DNA of 64,000 bases from NCBI GenBank assembly GCA_963718525.1, contig OY970355.1, forward strand, positions 1,472,001 through 1,536,000, read 5' to 3'. The DNA comes from Candidatus Dormiibacterota bacterium (GTDB taxonomy: Bacteria; Chloroflexota; Dormibacteria; Aeolococcales; Aeolococcaceae). The position numbers and the translations under genes are program-made. Under the pieces are notes generated by a model, which saw only the letters and a program-made list of their open reading frames with translations, searched no databases and was not told the origin of the DNA. This document shows positions 29,732 to 38,478 of the stretch, piece after piece (position 1 is the stretch's first letter; the number at the start of each line of letters is the position of its first letter).

Positions 29732-30109
29732 ATGAGCCGTACGGGCATGGGCCACCTCGCGCACCAGGTGAGGGTTCCGCTCCCGGGTTGGATGGATGCA
29801 CCGGGAGATGTCGGGCTGGATGCCGGCATCGCCGAGTTGATACAGAAGCTGTGGAGCCTCGGCATCGAGACCTCGATGAGCTGCGAAGGCGGTCCGGGTG
29901 CTGACGGCGTCATCAACGACGCGTACATCTGGTTCGCTGAGCCCGACGATGCGTGGGACTTTGCGCGGGCGCTCACCGAGGCGAATGGTGGACAGCCGAC
30001 AAAGCTCACCATCAGCGCAGAGAACGACCAGGCGTGCGTGATGTTTGCTTCGTCGCTTATCCCTGCGATTGTGGGCGCCGACCTCGTCCGGCTCGAGCCA
30101 CCGCAGTGA
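29732..30109 (+). CDS. Hypothetical protein (element)
   Basis: 125 aa ORF directly after int; coupled to the next gene (GTGA). Confidence 0.65.
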   Translation: MSRTGMGHLAHQVRVPLPGWMDAPGDVGLDAGIAELIQKLWSLGIETSMSCEGGPGADGVINDAYIWFAEPDDAWDFARALTEANGGQPTKLTISAENDQACVMFASSLIPAIVGADLVRLEPPQ

Positions 30110-30375
30110 GCCGGACCACCCGCATCACCGGCCCGGATGGCCGGGTGACCACGATCAAACAGACGTCGTCGTGCGGCTGCCTCACCGTTCTGGCCGCCGT
30201 TGTCGTTATCTTTGGTCCGGCGGCATGGTTCGGACCCGTCGGCGCTGTCCTCGCCTACACCTTCCTCGGGCTCCTGGTGGTCGGCGCGCTGGCGTACCAG
30301 ATCAGCCAGGCCCGTCGTCGCCCAGTGGTGTCCGCTCCCACGCCGCCGCCCGCACCGCCCCCGGCAGCGCCATGA
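30106..30375 (+). CDS. Small two-TM membrane protein with Pro-rich tail
   Basis: GTG overlaps the upstream TGA; two hydrophobic segments. Confidence 0.6.
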   Translation: MSRTTRITGPDGRVTTIKQTSSCGCLTVLAAVVVIFGPAAWFGPVGAVLAYTFLGLLVVGALAYQISQARRRPVVSAPTPPPAPPPAAP

Positions 30376-30797
30376 GTCGCCAACGCCGCCGCCGCCGAAG
30401 CCCGCATCCGCCTCCGCACGTAGTGCAGCTCCTCCAGGATTCGGACCCGTACCCTATGCGATGGCCGGCGGACGAGACGCGGTGGCCGCGTGGCGGGAAG
30501 CCAGCCCTGATCCACGATGACAAGGTCTTCTGCTGCCGCTGCCATAAGCGGTTGGGCATTCTCCGTTGGTCCGGTGGTCCGGTCCCCCAGCGCGTGTGTG
30601 ACCTGATCCCCGGCTATATCGAGAAGAGGATCAGCATGCCCTCCCTGCAGGCCGTCGTCCGCTTCACCGCGAGGTCTCGTCTGCGGCTGCTCCAAGGGCG
30701 GACCATCACCGAGCCAGCGCTAACGGTGGCGTGTCCCTTCACGGCCGAATGCCCATGCGGCCAACCGCTTGACATCAGTCCTGCTAACTCGGGATAA
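30372..30797 (+). CDS. Hypothetical Cys-containing, possibly Zn-binding protein
   Basis: ATGA overlap; CCRC and CPC motifs; Arg-rich N-terminus. Confidence 0.5.
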   Translation: MSRQRRRRRSPHPPPHVVQLLQDSDPYPMRWPADETRWPRGGKPALIHDDKVFCCRCHKRLGILRWSGGPVPQRVCDLIPGYIEKRISMPSLQAVVRFTARSRLRLLQGRTITEPALTVACPFTAECPCGQPLDISPANSG

Positions 30798-30908
30798 TTT
30801 GACGCAAGACCGACGGTAGGGCGCCCCCGCTGACAACGCGGGCTGGTTTCGCCAAACGTCCAACGTCTCACCGACCCCACGGGGCGCTGAGTTGGAGGAC
30901 GCCTGCCC

Positions 30909-31286
30909 GTGAGAGTCACGATCGATCCGGAAAGCTTGCGGCGTGAGTTGGCGCGAAGAGGCAAGAACCAGGCCGCGTTCGCCACCATCGCCGGTCTGAC
31001 CGAGCCGACGGTGTCCCACGCGATGACCGGTAAGACCATCTCCGAGGCGACGCTGTCGAAGATGGCTCGGGGCCTGGCCATCACTCCGGTCATCGCCGGC
31101 GCCGACGATCTGCTGGCCGCCCGGCTTCGACGTCGAGTGCCTCCTTGCGGTCGCCCTCACCGCCCGGATCTGGCGACAGTTCTGGCCAGCGACGACAACA
31201 TCCCCGCACAAGAAAGCGGCGCCGAAGGGGCTCAACCCTCGACGCCGCATCGGGAGGGCAGTACCAGTGCCGCATCCCGAAGCTAA
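30909..31286 (+). CDS. XRE/Cro-type helix-turn-helix protein
   Basis: LRRELARRGKNQAAFATIAGLTEPTVSHAMTG; GGAGG RBS. Confidence 0.8.
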   Translation: MRVTIDPESLRRELARRGKNQAAFATIAGLTEPTVSHAMTGKTISEATLSKMARGLAITPVIAGADDLLAARLRRRVPPCGRPHRPDLATVLASDDNIPAQESGAEGAQPSTPHREGSTSAASRS

Positions 31287-31479
31287 CGATAGCACCGCTT
31301 ACGACCCGTGGGCACCGCCAGACGGTGATGTCGCGTGGTTCGGCGAGTCCGCGAAACGCCAGAATTACATCAGGCTCCTGGAGGCGCACAACGAGTCGCT
31401 GTACCGCGAGGCGGTTGCGTTCGTTCAGACCTTTCGCGCTGAGATTGACCAGGACGCGCGGGCGGGTCGGGCAGCATGA
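31267..31479 (+). CDS. Hypothetical protein (element)
   Basis: GGAGG RBS; ATGA coupling to the next gene. Confidence 0.55.
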   Translation: MPHPEANDSTAYDPWAPPDGDVAWFGESAKRQNYIRLLEAHNESLYREAVAFVQTFRAEIDQDARAGRAA

Positions 31480-32360
31480 GCGCGACCATTTCCAAGGCTA
31501 GCCCTAGAAAGTCGAGAAGGTCAGGGCGACCACGTGACAACGCGATCCGCGAGGCACTGCGGACGATCGTCGAGAGCGTCAAGCCATGCACCCTCCGGCA
31601 GGCGTTCTACCAGGCGACGGTGCGCGGCGTGGTGCCGAAGACGGAGGCCGGATACGACAAGGTGGGTCGCCTGCTGGTCGAGATGCGTCTCGATGGTTCG
31701 CTCCCGTGGGAGTGGATCACCGACAACATGCGGTGGATGCGCAAGCCACGCACCTACGGCAGCCTGGAGGATGCGGCGACGTGGTGGGCGGCCGGGTATC
31801 GGCGTGACCTTGTGCCAGCGCTCGGACGCGTCGAGGTATGGCTGGAGAAGGACGCGCTCGCCGGAGTGATCTACCCAGTCACCGAGGAGTGGGACGTGCC
31901 GCTGATGGTGACCCGTGGCTACTCCAGCCTGTCGTTCCTACACGCCGCCGCGGAGAGTTGGCGGATGGACTGGCGCGACGCGCTCGATCAGCCGGTGACT
32001 GTGTACTACCTCGGCGACCACGACCCCAGCGGCCGCGACATCGACCGAAACATCGAGCGCCGGTTGCGAGAGTTCGCGCCCGACACGCGTCTTCGATTCG
32101 AGCGCATCGCGGTCACCGAAGAGCAGATCACGGAATGGAACCTACCGGGAAGGCCAACCAAGTTCACGGACTCGCGCTCGCGCTCGTGGGTGGGCGACAG
32201 CGTGGAGTTGGATGCCATCCCACCGGACAGACTGCGCGACCTGGTGCGCCAACGCATCGACTCGCATGTCAACCCGTACACGCTCGAGCGCATCCACGCA
32301 GCCGAAGCGGTAGAGCGCGAGTCCATTCGCGCCTTCGCCCGCCAGGTGTTGTCGGCATGA
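31476..32360 (+). CDS. Spo11/TopoVI-A-like Toprim protein (Mini-A-like)
   Basis: TLRQAFY (candidate catalytic Tyr), VWLEKDAL (Toprim Glu), GYSS, YLGDHDPSG (DxD), ELDAI. Confidence 0.75.
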   Translation: MSATISKASPRKSRRSGRPRDNAIREALRTIVESVKPCTLRQAFYQATVRGVVPKTEAGYDKVGRLLVEMRLDGSLPWEWITDNMRWMRKPRTYGSLEDAATWWAAGYRRDLVPALGRVEVWLEKDALAGVIYPVTEEWDVPLMVTRGYSSLSFLHAAAESWRMDWRDALDQPVTVYYLGDHDPSGRDIDRNIERRLREFAPDTRLRFERIAVTEEQITEWNLPGRPTKFTDSRSRSWVGDSVELDAIPPDRLRDLVRQRIDSHVNPYTLERIHAAEAVERESIRAFARQVLSA

Positions 32361-33559
32361 GCGGGGAACCGGATGCGGACATCTTCGATACAGCTGAGGC
32401 CACCCCGCGCGTCTACACCATCGCGGAGGCGCGGTTGCGCACCGAGGAATCCATCGAGTACCTGCCCCTACTCGGCGTTGACGGGTACATCTCGAAGGGG
32501 TGGACGCACCTGCTCGCCGGCTGGTGGCAACTCGGCAAGACGGAGATGATGGCCGCGGTCATCCTGCCCTGGCTGCGGCTCGGGCTGCGCGTCCTCTGGA
32601 TCACCGAAGAGCCGGACTCGGTATGGGCCGACCGCGCCGATATGTTCGACGAGATCTACGACCCCGTGCGGTGGGAGAACCTCACCCTGGTGGACGCCCT
32701 GAGCGCTCCTCCGACCGCGCTGCTCGAACTGACTGCGAGTCGTGAGGCCGACGTCGTGATCGCCGACACGATCTCCGAGGTCTGCGGGATCGCATCCCTG
32801 AAGGACGACGACGCGGTGCAGAAGGCGGTCAGCCCGTGGATACGCCGGCTCCGGGACGGACACCGAACGCTGATCTTCATCTGCCAGCATCGGAAGGCAC
32901 CAGGCGAACACGGAGAGCGCGTCCTCGGGAGCGTGATCCTGGCCGCGAAGATGGACGCCGTCCTCGAGCTCGAAGCGGTCGATGGTTACGAGCGCCGGCG
33001 CCGATTGACGACACGCCGTCGCCGCAGGGCAACCCCGGCGCTCGTCTACGAGATGGACGAGGACGACCGCATCGTGGTCATCCCCGACGCGCGCACGCGC
33101 AGCCGCAGCGAGGCGGAGGCAGCCGTCCTGACCATCGTCAACGCTAACGACGGCCCCCTCACCACGTCGGAGGTGCGACGTCTGATGACACCCAGGCCGT
33201 CGAGCGACACGGTGCTCCAAGTCCTGACGGCCATCGCCAAGTCCGGCGCCATCCTGCGCGATCCCCCAATCGTGGAGAACGTCGAGCGCCGCACCGTCAA
33301 GTGGCAGCGCGTAGATTCTGCCGCGGGCGAATCTGCCGCAGCATCTCTACTCTCTATCGATCGAATACGAGCGGCAGAAAGTGTTGCGGCAGATTTCGCC
33401 GCGAACACACCATCTGCGCCGCACTCGAACGGCACGGCGCACAAGGACGCGCGGTGCCCAAACTGCGGAGCCTACGGCTGGCTGAAGCCCGTCCCTGGTG
33501 GACTGCGCTGCAAGCCATGCGGTGTGCTGTCGCCCACTGAAGCCCTGGTGACGCTGTGA
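32357..33559 (+). CDS. AAA/RecA-fold (RepA-type) replicative ATPase with C-terminal wHTH and Zn ribbon
   Basis: Walker A GWWQLGKT, Walker B VVIADT, QHRK, wHTH-like LTTSEV...SGAI, CPNC..CKPC. Confidence 0.75.
   Translation: MSGEPDADIFDTAEATPRVYTIAEARLRTEESIEYLPLLGVDGYISKGWTHLLAGWWQLGKTEMMAAVILPWLRLGLRVLWITEEPDSVWADRADMFDEIYDPVRWENLTLVDALSAPPTALLELTASREADVVIADTISEVCGIASLKDDDAVQKAVSPWIRRLRDGHRTLIFICQHRKAPGEHGERVLGSVILAAKMDAVLELEAVDGYERRRRLTTRRRRRATPALVYEMDEDDRIVVIPDARTRSRSEAEAAVLTIVNANDGPLTTSEVRRLMTPRPSSDTVLQVLTAIAKSGAILRDPPIVENVERRTVKWQRVDSAAGESAAASLLSIDRIRAAESVAADFAANTPSAPHSNGTAHKDARCPNCGAYGWLKPVPGGLRCKPCGVLSPTEALVTL
33316..33395. repeat. Iteron-like converging repeats, candidate replication origin
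   Basis: TCTGCCGC at 33317 and 33332; its reverse complement GCGGCAGA at 33371 and 33386; AT-richer core between them. Confidence 0.65.
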
Positions 33560-33861
33560 CGCGGCGCCGGCCCCTATGGGGCGCGATGCTCAGCGCAGCA
33601 CCCCATGAACCCTCCGAGCCGATGGAACCCGCCGGGCCAGTGTCTTCGGTTGGTCGCCCAACCAACACGCGCCCGGCATGGCTACTGTCAGGTGTCCGCG
33701 AGCTGGGTCTGTGCCGTCTGATCGTCAATCAGACGCTCTGTGCTACGCAGGTGCGCGAAGATGGGCTGATGGTGCATCAAGACGTAAGGCGGTGCTCTAC
33801 ACCGCTTGATCCACAGCGGCCGCAGCCTTTGACTCCAACCCTGCTGGAGGCCGCGTTGTGA
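33556..33861 (+). CDS. Hypothetical protein (element)
   Basis: GTGA overlaps at both ends; no recognisable motif. Confidence 0.4.
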   Translation: MTRRRPLWGAMLSAAPHEPSEPMEPAGPVSSVGRPTNTRPAWLLSGVRELGLCRLIVNQTLCATQVREDGLMVHQDVRRCSTPLDPQRPQPLTPTLLEAAL

Positions 33862-34391
33862 CCGCTGTCCACGTGCTACCCACGGGCAGCAGTCTCGACA
33901 CCCGGCAGCAATGGCACTTCACCATCCCTGACGCCCCGGTCGCCTCCGGTCGACCTCGGGTTGCGGTGCGTGGTGGACGTCCGCACGGCTACATGCCGGC
34001 GAAGACGGCCCAGGCCGCCTGGCGCATCCGTGAGCACGTGGCTGCCGAGCTCGGTCCGGCATGGACTCCGCTCGGTGGTCCGATCGCTCTCGCTGTGGTG
34101 GTCTACGTACCGATGCCCGCGAGCATCCCGAAGCGGGAGCGCGCGACTGCAAGGCCAGAGCGCCGTCCTGACCTCGACAACTACGTCAAGACCGCCATGG
34201 ACGGGTTGTCACCGCTCTGGCTGGACGACGCGCAGGTAGTCGAACTCCACGCGGAGAAACGCTTTGCTGTCGATCAACCGCCGCGCTGGGAGATCGCGAT
34301 CGAAGCACTCACACAGCCCTCTTCGGGGGCGTCGGTAAGCGGTGCCGGCGTCCCCTTACCACCACACAAGGAGAACCATGGGAGACCCTGA
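33858..34391 (+). CDS. rusA: RusA family Holliday junction resolvase
   Basis: RPRV, RPDLDNYVK..MDGL, DDAQVV...EK. Confidence 0.88.
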   Translation: MTAVHVLPTGSSLDTRQQWHFTIPDAPVASGRPRVAVRGGRPHGYMPAKTAQAAWRIREHVAAELGPAWTPLGGPIALAVVVYVPMPASIPKRERATARPERRPDLDNYVKTAMDGLSPLWLDDAQVVELHAEKRFAVDQPPRWEIAIEALTQPSSGASVSGAGVPLPPHKENHGRP

Positions 34392-35826
34392 AGATCAGCT
34401 CCGCGCCGGTGAACTGCTCTGGGTATTGACCCGCGCGGGTATCCATCTGCAGGGCGTGCCCTTCTCCGTCGTCATCGAGATCGGCAACCTTCTCGCCGAT
34501 GGCATCGCCAAAGGACTAGCCACCCAGACGATAGCGGAGCAGATCGCCCCGCTACTGGACGGCGACATCAAGCGCGCGCTGCTGATCGTTCGCACTGAGC
34601 GGGCTCGCGCCGTGAGCGGCGCCGAGTGGGAGAACGCGAAGGACGCCGGAGACTACGACAAGGAGTGGATGGACGATGCGACCGCCTGTCCAATCTGCCG
34701 AGCCAACGCTGCTCAGGGAGCCATCCCGATCACGCGCCCTTTCCAGGGAGGCGCTCTCTATCCACCCCAGCATCCTAACTGCCGCTGCGCGCTGCAACCC
34801 GTCGCCCATCAGGCGACCACGGAGAAAACACTGATGCCCAACGACGTTGTATATGCCGTCATCGGCGAGCTCACGAAGAGTCGCGTTGATGACGACGGAG
34901 TGCTCACATTTGAAGCCAGCAAGGCCACCGGCCCGGACCTCGACGGCGACGGACAACGGGTCTCGATGGCATGGGCGATTCCTGCCATGCGGGAATGGTT
35001 TGCCACCGGTGGAAACTTGCGTGAGCAGCACGATCCCAAACGCGCGATCGGGAGAGCGCTGAGCCTCGAAGAGCGTCCTGACGGGGTGTACATCTCCGGT
35101 CGTGTGGTCGATCCGGTGACGATCGCGAAGGTCAACGAGGGCTTGCTGCCGTATCTCTCGATTGGCGTCAAGGGGCACCAGCTCGATTACACGCAGAAAG
35201 CGCTCGCCCCCGGCGGCCTCATTACCGGTGGCCGGATCGTCGAGTGCTCGCTCGTGGACCGCGGCTCGAATCCCACCGCCAAGCTCGTGCTTGCCAAGGC
35301 GGAGGGCCCGGACGACCACCTGGCAGTAGGCGGCGAGCTCGTGAAGTTCCACGTCGAGCCCGACCTCTTGAAGATGGATTTTCTCGATGACGACAGTCCG
35401 TTGTGCGCGCTCACCAAGGCGATACAAGCCGATCCGGTTTTCGCGGCTGACTATCGCCGCCGCATGCTCGAGCCGACCCCACTCGAGAAAAGTGTGGGCG
35501 CGATGGAGCAAGACATCGCCAAGGTCCTGGCGTATGTCGAGCCCCGGGCGCACTTCCGCTCACGCAACGGCAGCAACGGCCATCGAGTCCTCGTCGCACC
35601 GCCGCAACCGCAGTCTTCAGAGGTCGCGGTGTCCGCGCACCGCTACTCGTATGACGAACCCGAGAGCCCGCAGACGCGCGAGCTGCGCAAGGCTGTCGAC
35701 GCTGATCCGCGGCGTGACGCGCGAGTCGCAAACATCAGGCGTCTGTTGGGGATCACCGAGGCTCAGGAGCGCGCCAGGACTCAGGCGCTCGAGAACTCGA
35801 ATCGCCTCCCTGAAATCCGACATTAG
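34378..35826 (+). CDS. Phage minor head protein (Mu gpF / SPP1 gp7-like) fused to an HK97-type prohead protease
   Basis: AAGGAG RBS; IVRTERARA, KEW..CPIC..PPQHPNCRC; then REQH, YLSIG, ECSLVD..SNP.A. Confidence 0.8.
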   Translation: MGDPEDQLRAGELLWVLTRAGIHLQGVPFSVVIEIGNLLADGIAKGLATQTIAEQIAPLLDGDIKRALLIVRTERARAVSGAEWENAKDAGDYDKEWMDDATACPICRANAAQGAIPITRPFQGGALYPPQHPNCRCALQPVAHQATTEKTLMPNDVVYAVIGELTKSRVDDDGVLTFEASKATGPDLDGDGQRVSMAWAIPAMREWFATGGNLREQHDPKRAIGRALSLEERPDGVYISGRVVDPVTIAKVNEGLLPYLSIGVKGHQLDYTQKALAPGGLITGGRIVECSLVDRGSNPTAKLVLAKAEGPDDHLAVGGELVKFHVEPDLLKMDFLDDDSPLCALTKAIQADPVFAADYRRRMLEPTPLEKSVGAMEQDIAKVLAYVEPRAHFRSRNGSNGHRVLVAPPQPQSSEVAVSAHRYSYDEPESPQTRELRKAVDADPRRDARVANIRRLLGITEAQERARTQALENSNRLPEIRH

Positions 35827-35901
35827 CAAGGCGCTGATGATCGGCTCAACCGTGCCGCAACCCAACCACCGTCAAGACCACAACTAACAGGAGTTTCGGA
35901 A

Positions 35902-36207
35902 ATGTCTTTCGCCGGTTCCCTTTTCCAGTTTTTCAGCGGTCGCGCCACGCCGCGTCCGTTCAGCCCTCCACCGGACGTGGAGAATCGCCAGGCAGCGCCA
36001 TCGCCTGGCATGCGAATCGAGCCAACTAGCGGGAGTTTCCCGTCTGGCACGCCGCGTTTCGCACCGCCAGAGCCGGCGTCGAATGCGCTGCCGCGAAACA
36101 TGTTCGGCGATCAGATTCCCAACGCTGCTCCGAGTCAGCTGCGGGACGTGAACCCCGATTCCACCAGCGCCCGCGGTGTGCGGGTATATCGCCAAGGAGA
36201 AAGGTGA
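35902..36207 (+). CDS. Pro-rich hypothetical protein
   Basis: Strong AGGAG RBS; coupled to the next ORF. Confidence 0.6.
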   Translation: MSFAGSLFQFFSGRATPRPFSPPPDVENRQAAPSPGMRIEPTSGSFPSGTPRFAPPEPASNALPRNMFGDQIPNAAPSQLRDVNPDSTSARGVRVYRQGER

Positions 36208-36581
36208 TGCCCATTTTCAAGACCCGCAATCCAAGCCAGGACGCGCACGAGGCCCTCTCGCGCAACGCGCCGCCGGTACCGCCAAATCCCTTCGCCGAGC
36301 AATCTCGCGGCAACACGCTGGCCCCGGAGATGGTCGACGTACGCCTCGATCAACAGCGCAGGGCAGAGGCACAGGCGCAACAGGCGCAGCCGTCGCGGAC
36401 GCTGGCGGACGATGCCATCGCGCAGCTCGCGATTCTCCTCGCCGCTGTCGAGGATCAACGCGAGGGCCGGCCGCTGTCTCCCGCTGCGACCCAGGCGCTG
36501 GGGGATCTCTCGCGCATCCTCATGGTGGCGCAGGCTCGTGGCGTCGGGCTGAGCTCGTCCTGGCCGACGGGCACCGCGTGA
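36207..36581 (+). CDS. Hypothetical protein (element)
   Basis: TGATG overlap; AAGGAG/AAGGT upstream; helical C-terminal half. Confidence 0.6.
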   Translation: MPIFKTRNPSQDAHEALSRNAPPVPPNPFAEQSRGNTLAPEMVDVRLDQQRRAEAQAQQAQPSRTLADDAIAQLAILLAAVEDQREGRPLSPAATQALGDLSRILMVAQARGVGLSSSWPTGTA

Positions 36582-36796
36582 GTAGCGCCGCCAGCGACGT
36601 TTGGTTCGGCCGTTCTGTGGGCGTGGATCACCGGGTGATCTTGGATCGACAGGGCTGGCGGTGCCTGTCGTGTGGCGACTCGCTCAGCGATGAGAGCTCG
36701 TTGGTGTCGCTGTCGGTGCCTGACGGCCTCGCCATCGTGTGTGCGCCGTGCGGCTCGCGGCTCAATCGTCTTCTGCGCCAGAGCCAGCGGTTCTGA
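36578..36796 (+). CDS. Small HNH-like Zn-binding protein (degenerate)
   Basis: LDRQGWRCLSCG...VCAPC resembles the phage HNH scaffold, but the His/Asn catalytic residues are not evident. Confidence 0.5.
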   Translation: MSSAASDVWFGRSVGVDHRVILDRQGWRCLSCGDSLSDESSLVSLSVPDGLAIVCAPCGSRLNRLLRQSQRF

Positions 36797-36882
36797 TGGA
36801 GGTGGGCGCTGTGGGCGTTTTCAAGGCAATGAGGCGTCCCAGCGTCCTCTTCCGTCGGCTGCTTCCTCCGGCGGTTGTCGGG

Positions 36883-36920
36883 GGCGGCGTGCGGGGTTAT
36901 TTCCTTTCCCCGCCGCCGCC
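36883..36920. other. GC-rich inverted repeat between the HNH-like and TerS-like genes (cos-like site or terminator)
   Basis: GGCGGCG(T)GCGGGG / CCCCGCCGCCGCC around a T-rich loop, followed by TTTCCCTC. Confidence 0.4.
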
Positions 36921-36990
36921 TTTCCCTCACGAGTACAAACACACCGGGTCGCTCCGTCGCGGGCGTCCTGGGCGTTCCTAGGGGCATGTA

Positions 36991-37830
36991 ATGGCATCTG
37001 AAAAGCAACCCGCTCGCCGTTATGGCGTGGTGCTGGCCTCTGCGCCGCAACGGTGCGGCGCGAAGACACGCGCCGAGGACGCGCACCCGTGTAAGAACTA
37101 CGCGATCGAGGGGTCGACGCGTTGCAAATTCCACGGGTCGGCGAGTCCGCAGGCAAAGCGCAAGGCGCGCGAGCGCATCGCTGAGGAAAGAGCTGCTGCA
37201 GTGCTGCGCACGCAACCCGCGGAGCCCGTGACGGATGCGGTGGCAGCGTTGCGCCGCCTGTGTGCCGAGGTGCTACGCAATGCCGACGCCCAGCTTGAGG
37301 CCGGCCAGACGACAGGCTCGACTACCGGTGAGTGGATCGACAGGGCATCGCGCTTGCTCGTGGAGCTGGCACGAATCGACGGCGCCTACACAAATCGGAG
37401 CGAGGTGCAACTCGAGTTCACCCAAGACCTCGATCTAGATCGGCAGCTCGAGGAGATCTTTGGGAACATGATCGCCAAGCCGAGCACCCTGGCGCGGCTC
37501 AATTCGATCTATGACGCGATGGACGCTCAAGCGGATGGCCAGGACGTTGACGAGGCCGTGTTGGCCGGCGATGAGAAGCGGCGCAAGATCCCCGCGTCCC
37601 TGCTGAAGAACTCCTTCACCGGCACGAGTCTTGATGACGTGCCCGGGGTTGCGGTCGAGGCGTACGTCATCGAGGAGCGCGTGGATGCGCTGCCGGTCAT
37701 GGGATTGGGCACGCCTCCCCCGGTGGATCAGATCGTCGAGGTGACGGACGAGCCCGAGCCGAACGTCGTCAGGATTGGCCGGCTCCCGTCGGCCTTCGGC
37801 AGCCGGCGCCCGCACACGCCCGCGTCGTAA
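36991..37830 (+). CDS. HGGxSTG-like Zn-finger protein, putative terminase small subunit
   Basis: CGAKTR...PC..YA..G.TRCKFHGS.S N-terminal motif followed by a helical region; position after HNH-like gene. Confidence 0.55.
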   Translation: MASEKQPARRYGVVLASAPQRCGAKTRAEDAHPCKNYAIEGSTRCKFHGSASPQAKRKARERIAEERAAAVLRTQPAEPVTDAVAALRRLCAEVLRNADAQLEAGQTTGSTTGEWIDRASRLLVELARIDGAYTNRSEVQLEFTQDLDLDRQLEEIFGNMIAKPSTLARLNSIYDAMDAQADGQDVDEAVLAGDEKRRKIPASLLKNSFTGTSLDDVPGVAVEAYVIEERVDALPVMGLGTPPPVDQIVEVTDEPEPNVVRIGRLPSAFGSRRPHTPAS

Positions 37831-37931
37831 CTGCCCGCGTCGACGGAAACAGAGAAGACGAAGGAGGAGGACCGCCACGTACCGCACCTGTTGACGTGAC
37901 GGCCCTCCGGAAGAGGGGGTGTGTTGGGTTG

Positions 37932-38465
37932 CTAGCTGACGTTGAACACGAAACTCGGAGTCGCGCCCTGGCAGACGGACTGATCCGTGCTCGGCAAGTT
38001 GTTGAACGTGACCACGAGGTTCGGCGTGTCCCCACCGCTCCCTGGGCTGAACGAGGTATTCCAGGCCACATCCGGCATGGTGTACGTGCCGGCGAGCGCG
38101 CCGCTGTTGACACTGCTGTTGCAGTTCGGCGAGTCCGACTGCCAACTCGCCAGGGTGACCTTGTGCAGGGTGACGCTCTCCGAGCTCGACGGGTTGCTGA
38201 CGCTGAGCGCGAACGTCTGCGTGTCGGTGAAGTTCCACGCTGCGTCCGACCCGCCGCCGGCCTTGGTCACGGATCCGCTGCTCGCCACCGAGACGGTGAG
38301 ATTTACCGGAGCGGCTGTGGCGACGGCGGTGCCGGACGGTGCCGTGGTCGCGCCGGTCCCGACCGCGACCATGTAGGCGAGGACCCCGGCCGTGCTGCCG
38401 AGGACGGCTGCCACTGCGATGAAGGCGCCGAGCCGTTTCTTGGTCACGAGAACGCGGTGATGCAT
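37932..38465 (-). CDS. Secreted Ser/Thr-rich beta-type protein (TasA/SipW-cognate-like signal peptide)
   Basis: KKR + hydrophobic stretch + GVLAY; two Cys; AAGGGG RBS. Confidence 0.7.
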   Translation of the reverse strand: MHHRVLVTKKRLGAFIAVAAVLGSTAGVLAYMVAVGTGATTAPSGTAVATAAPVNLTVSVASSGSVTKAGGGSDAAWNFTDTQTFALSVSNPSSSESVTLHKVTLASWQSDSPNCNSSVNSGALAGTYTMPDVAWNTSFSPGSGGDTPNLVVTFNNLPSTDQSVCQGATPSFVFNVS

Positions 38466-38478
38466 CGATGTTTCCCCT

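Noticed and set aside
31476-32360. Wadjet (JetD) defence system
   Set aside because: The Toprim motifs are similar, but no jetABC/SMC genes are present and the context is a replication module.
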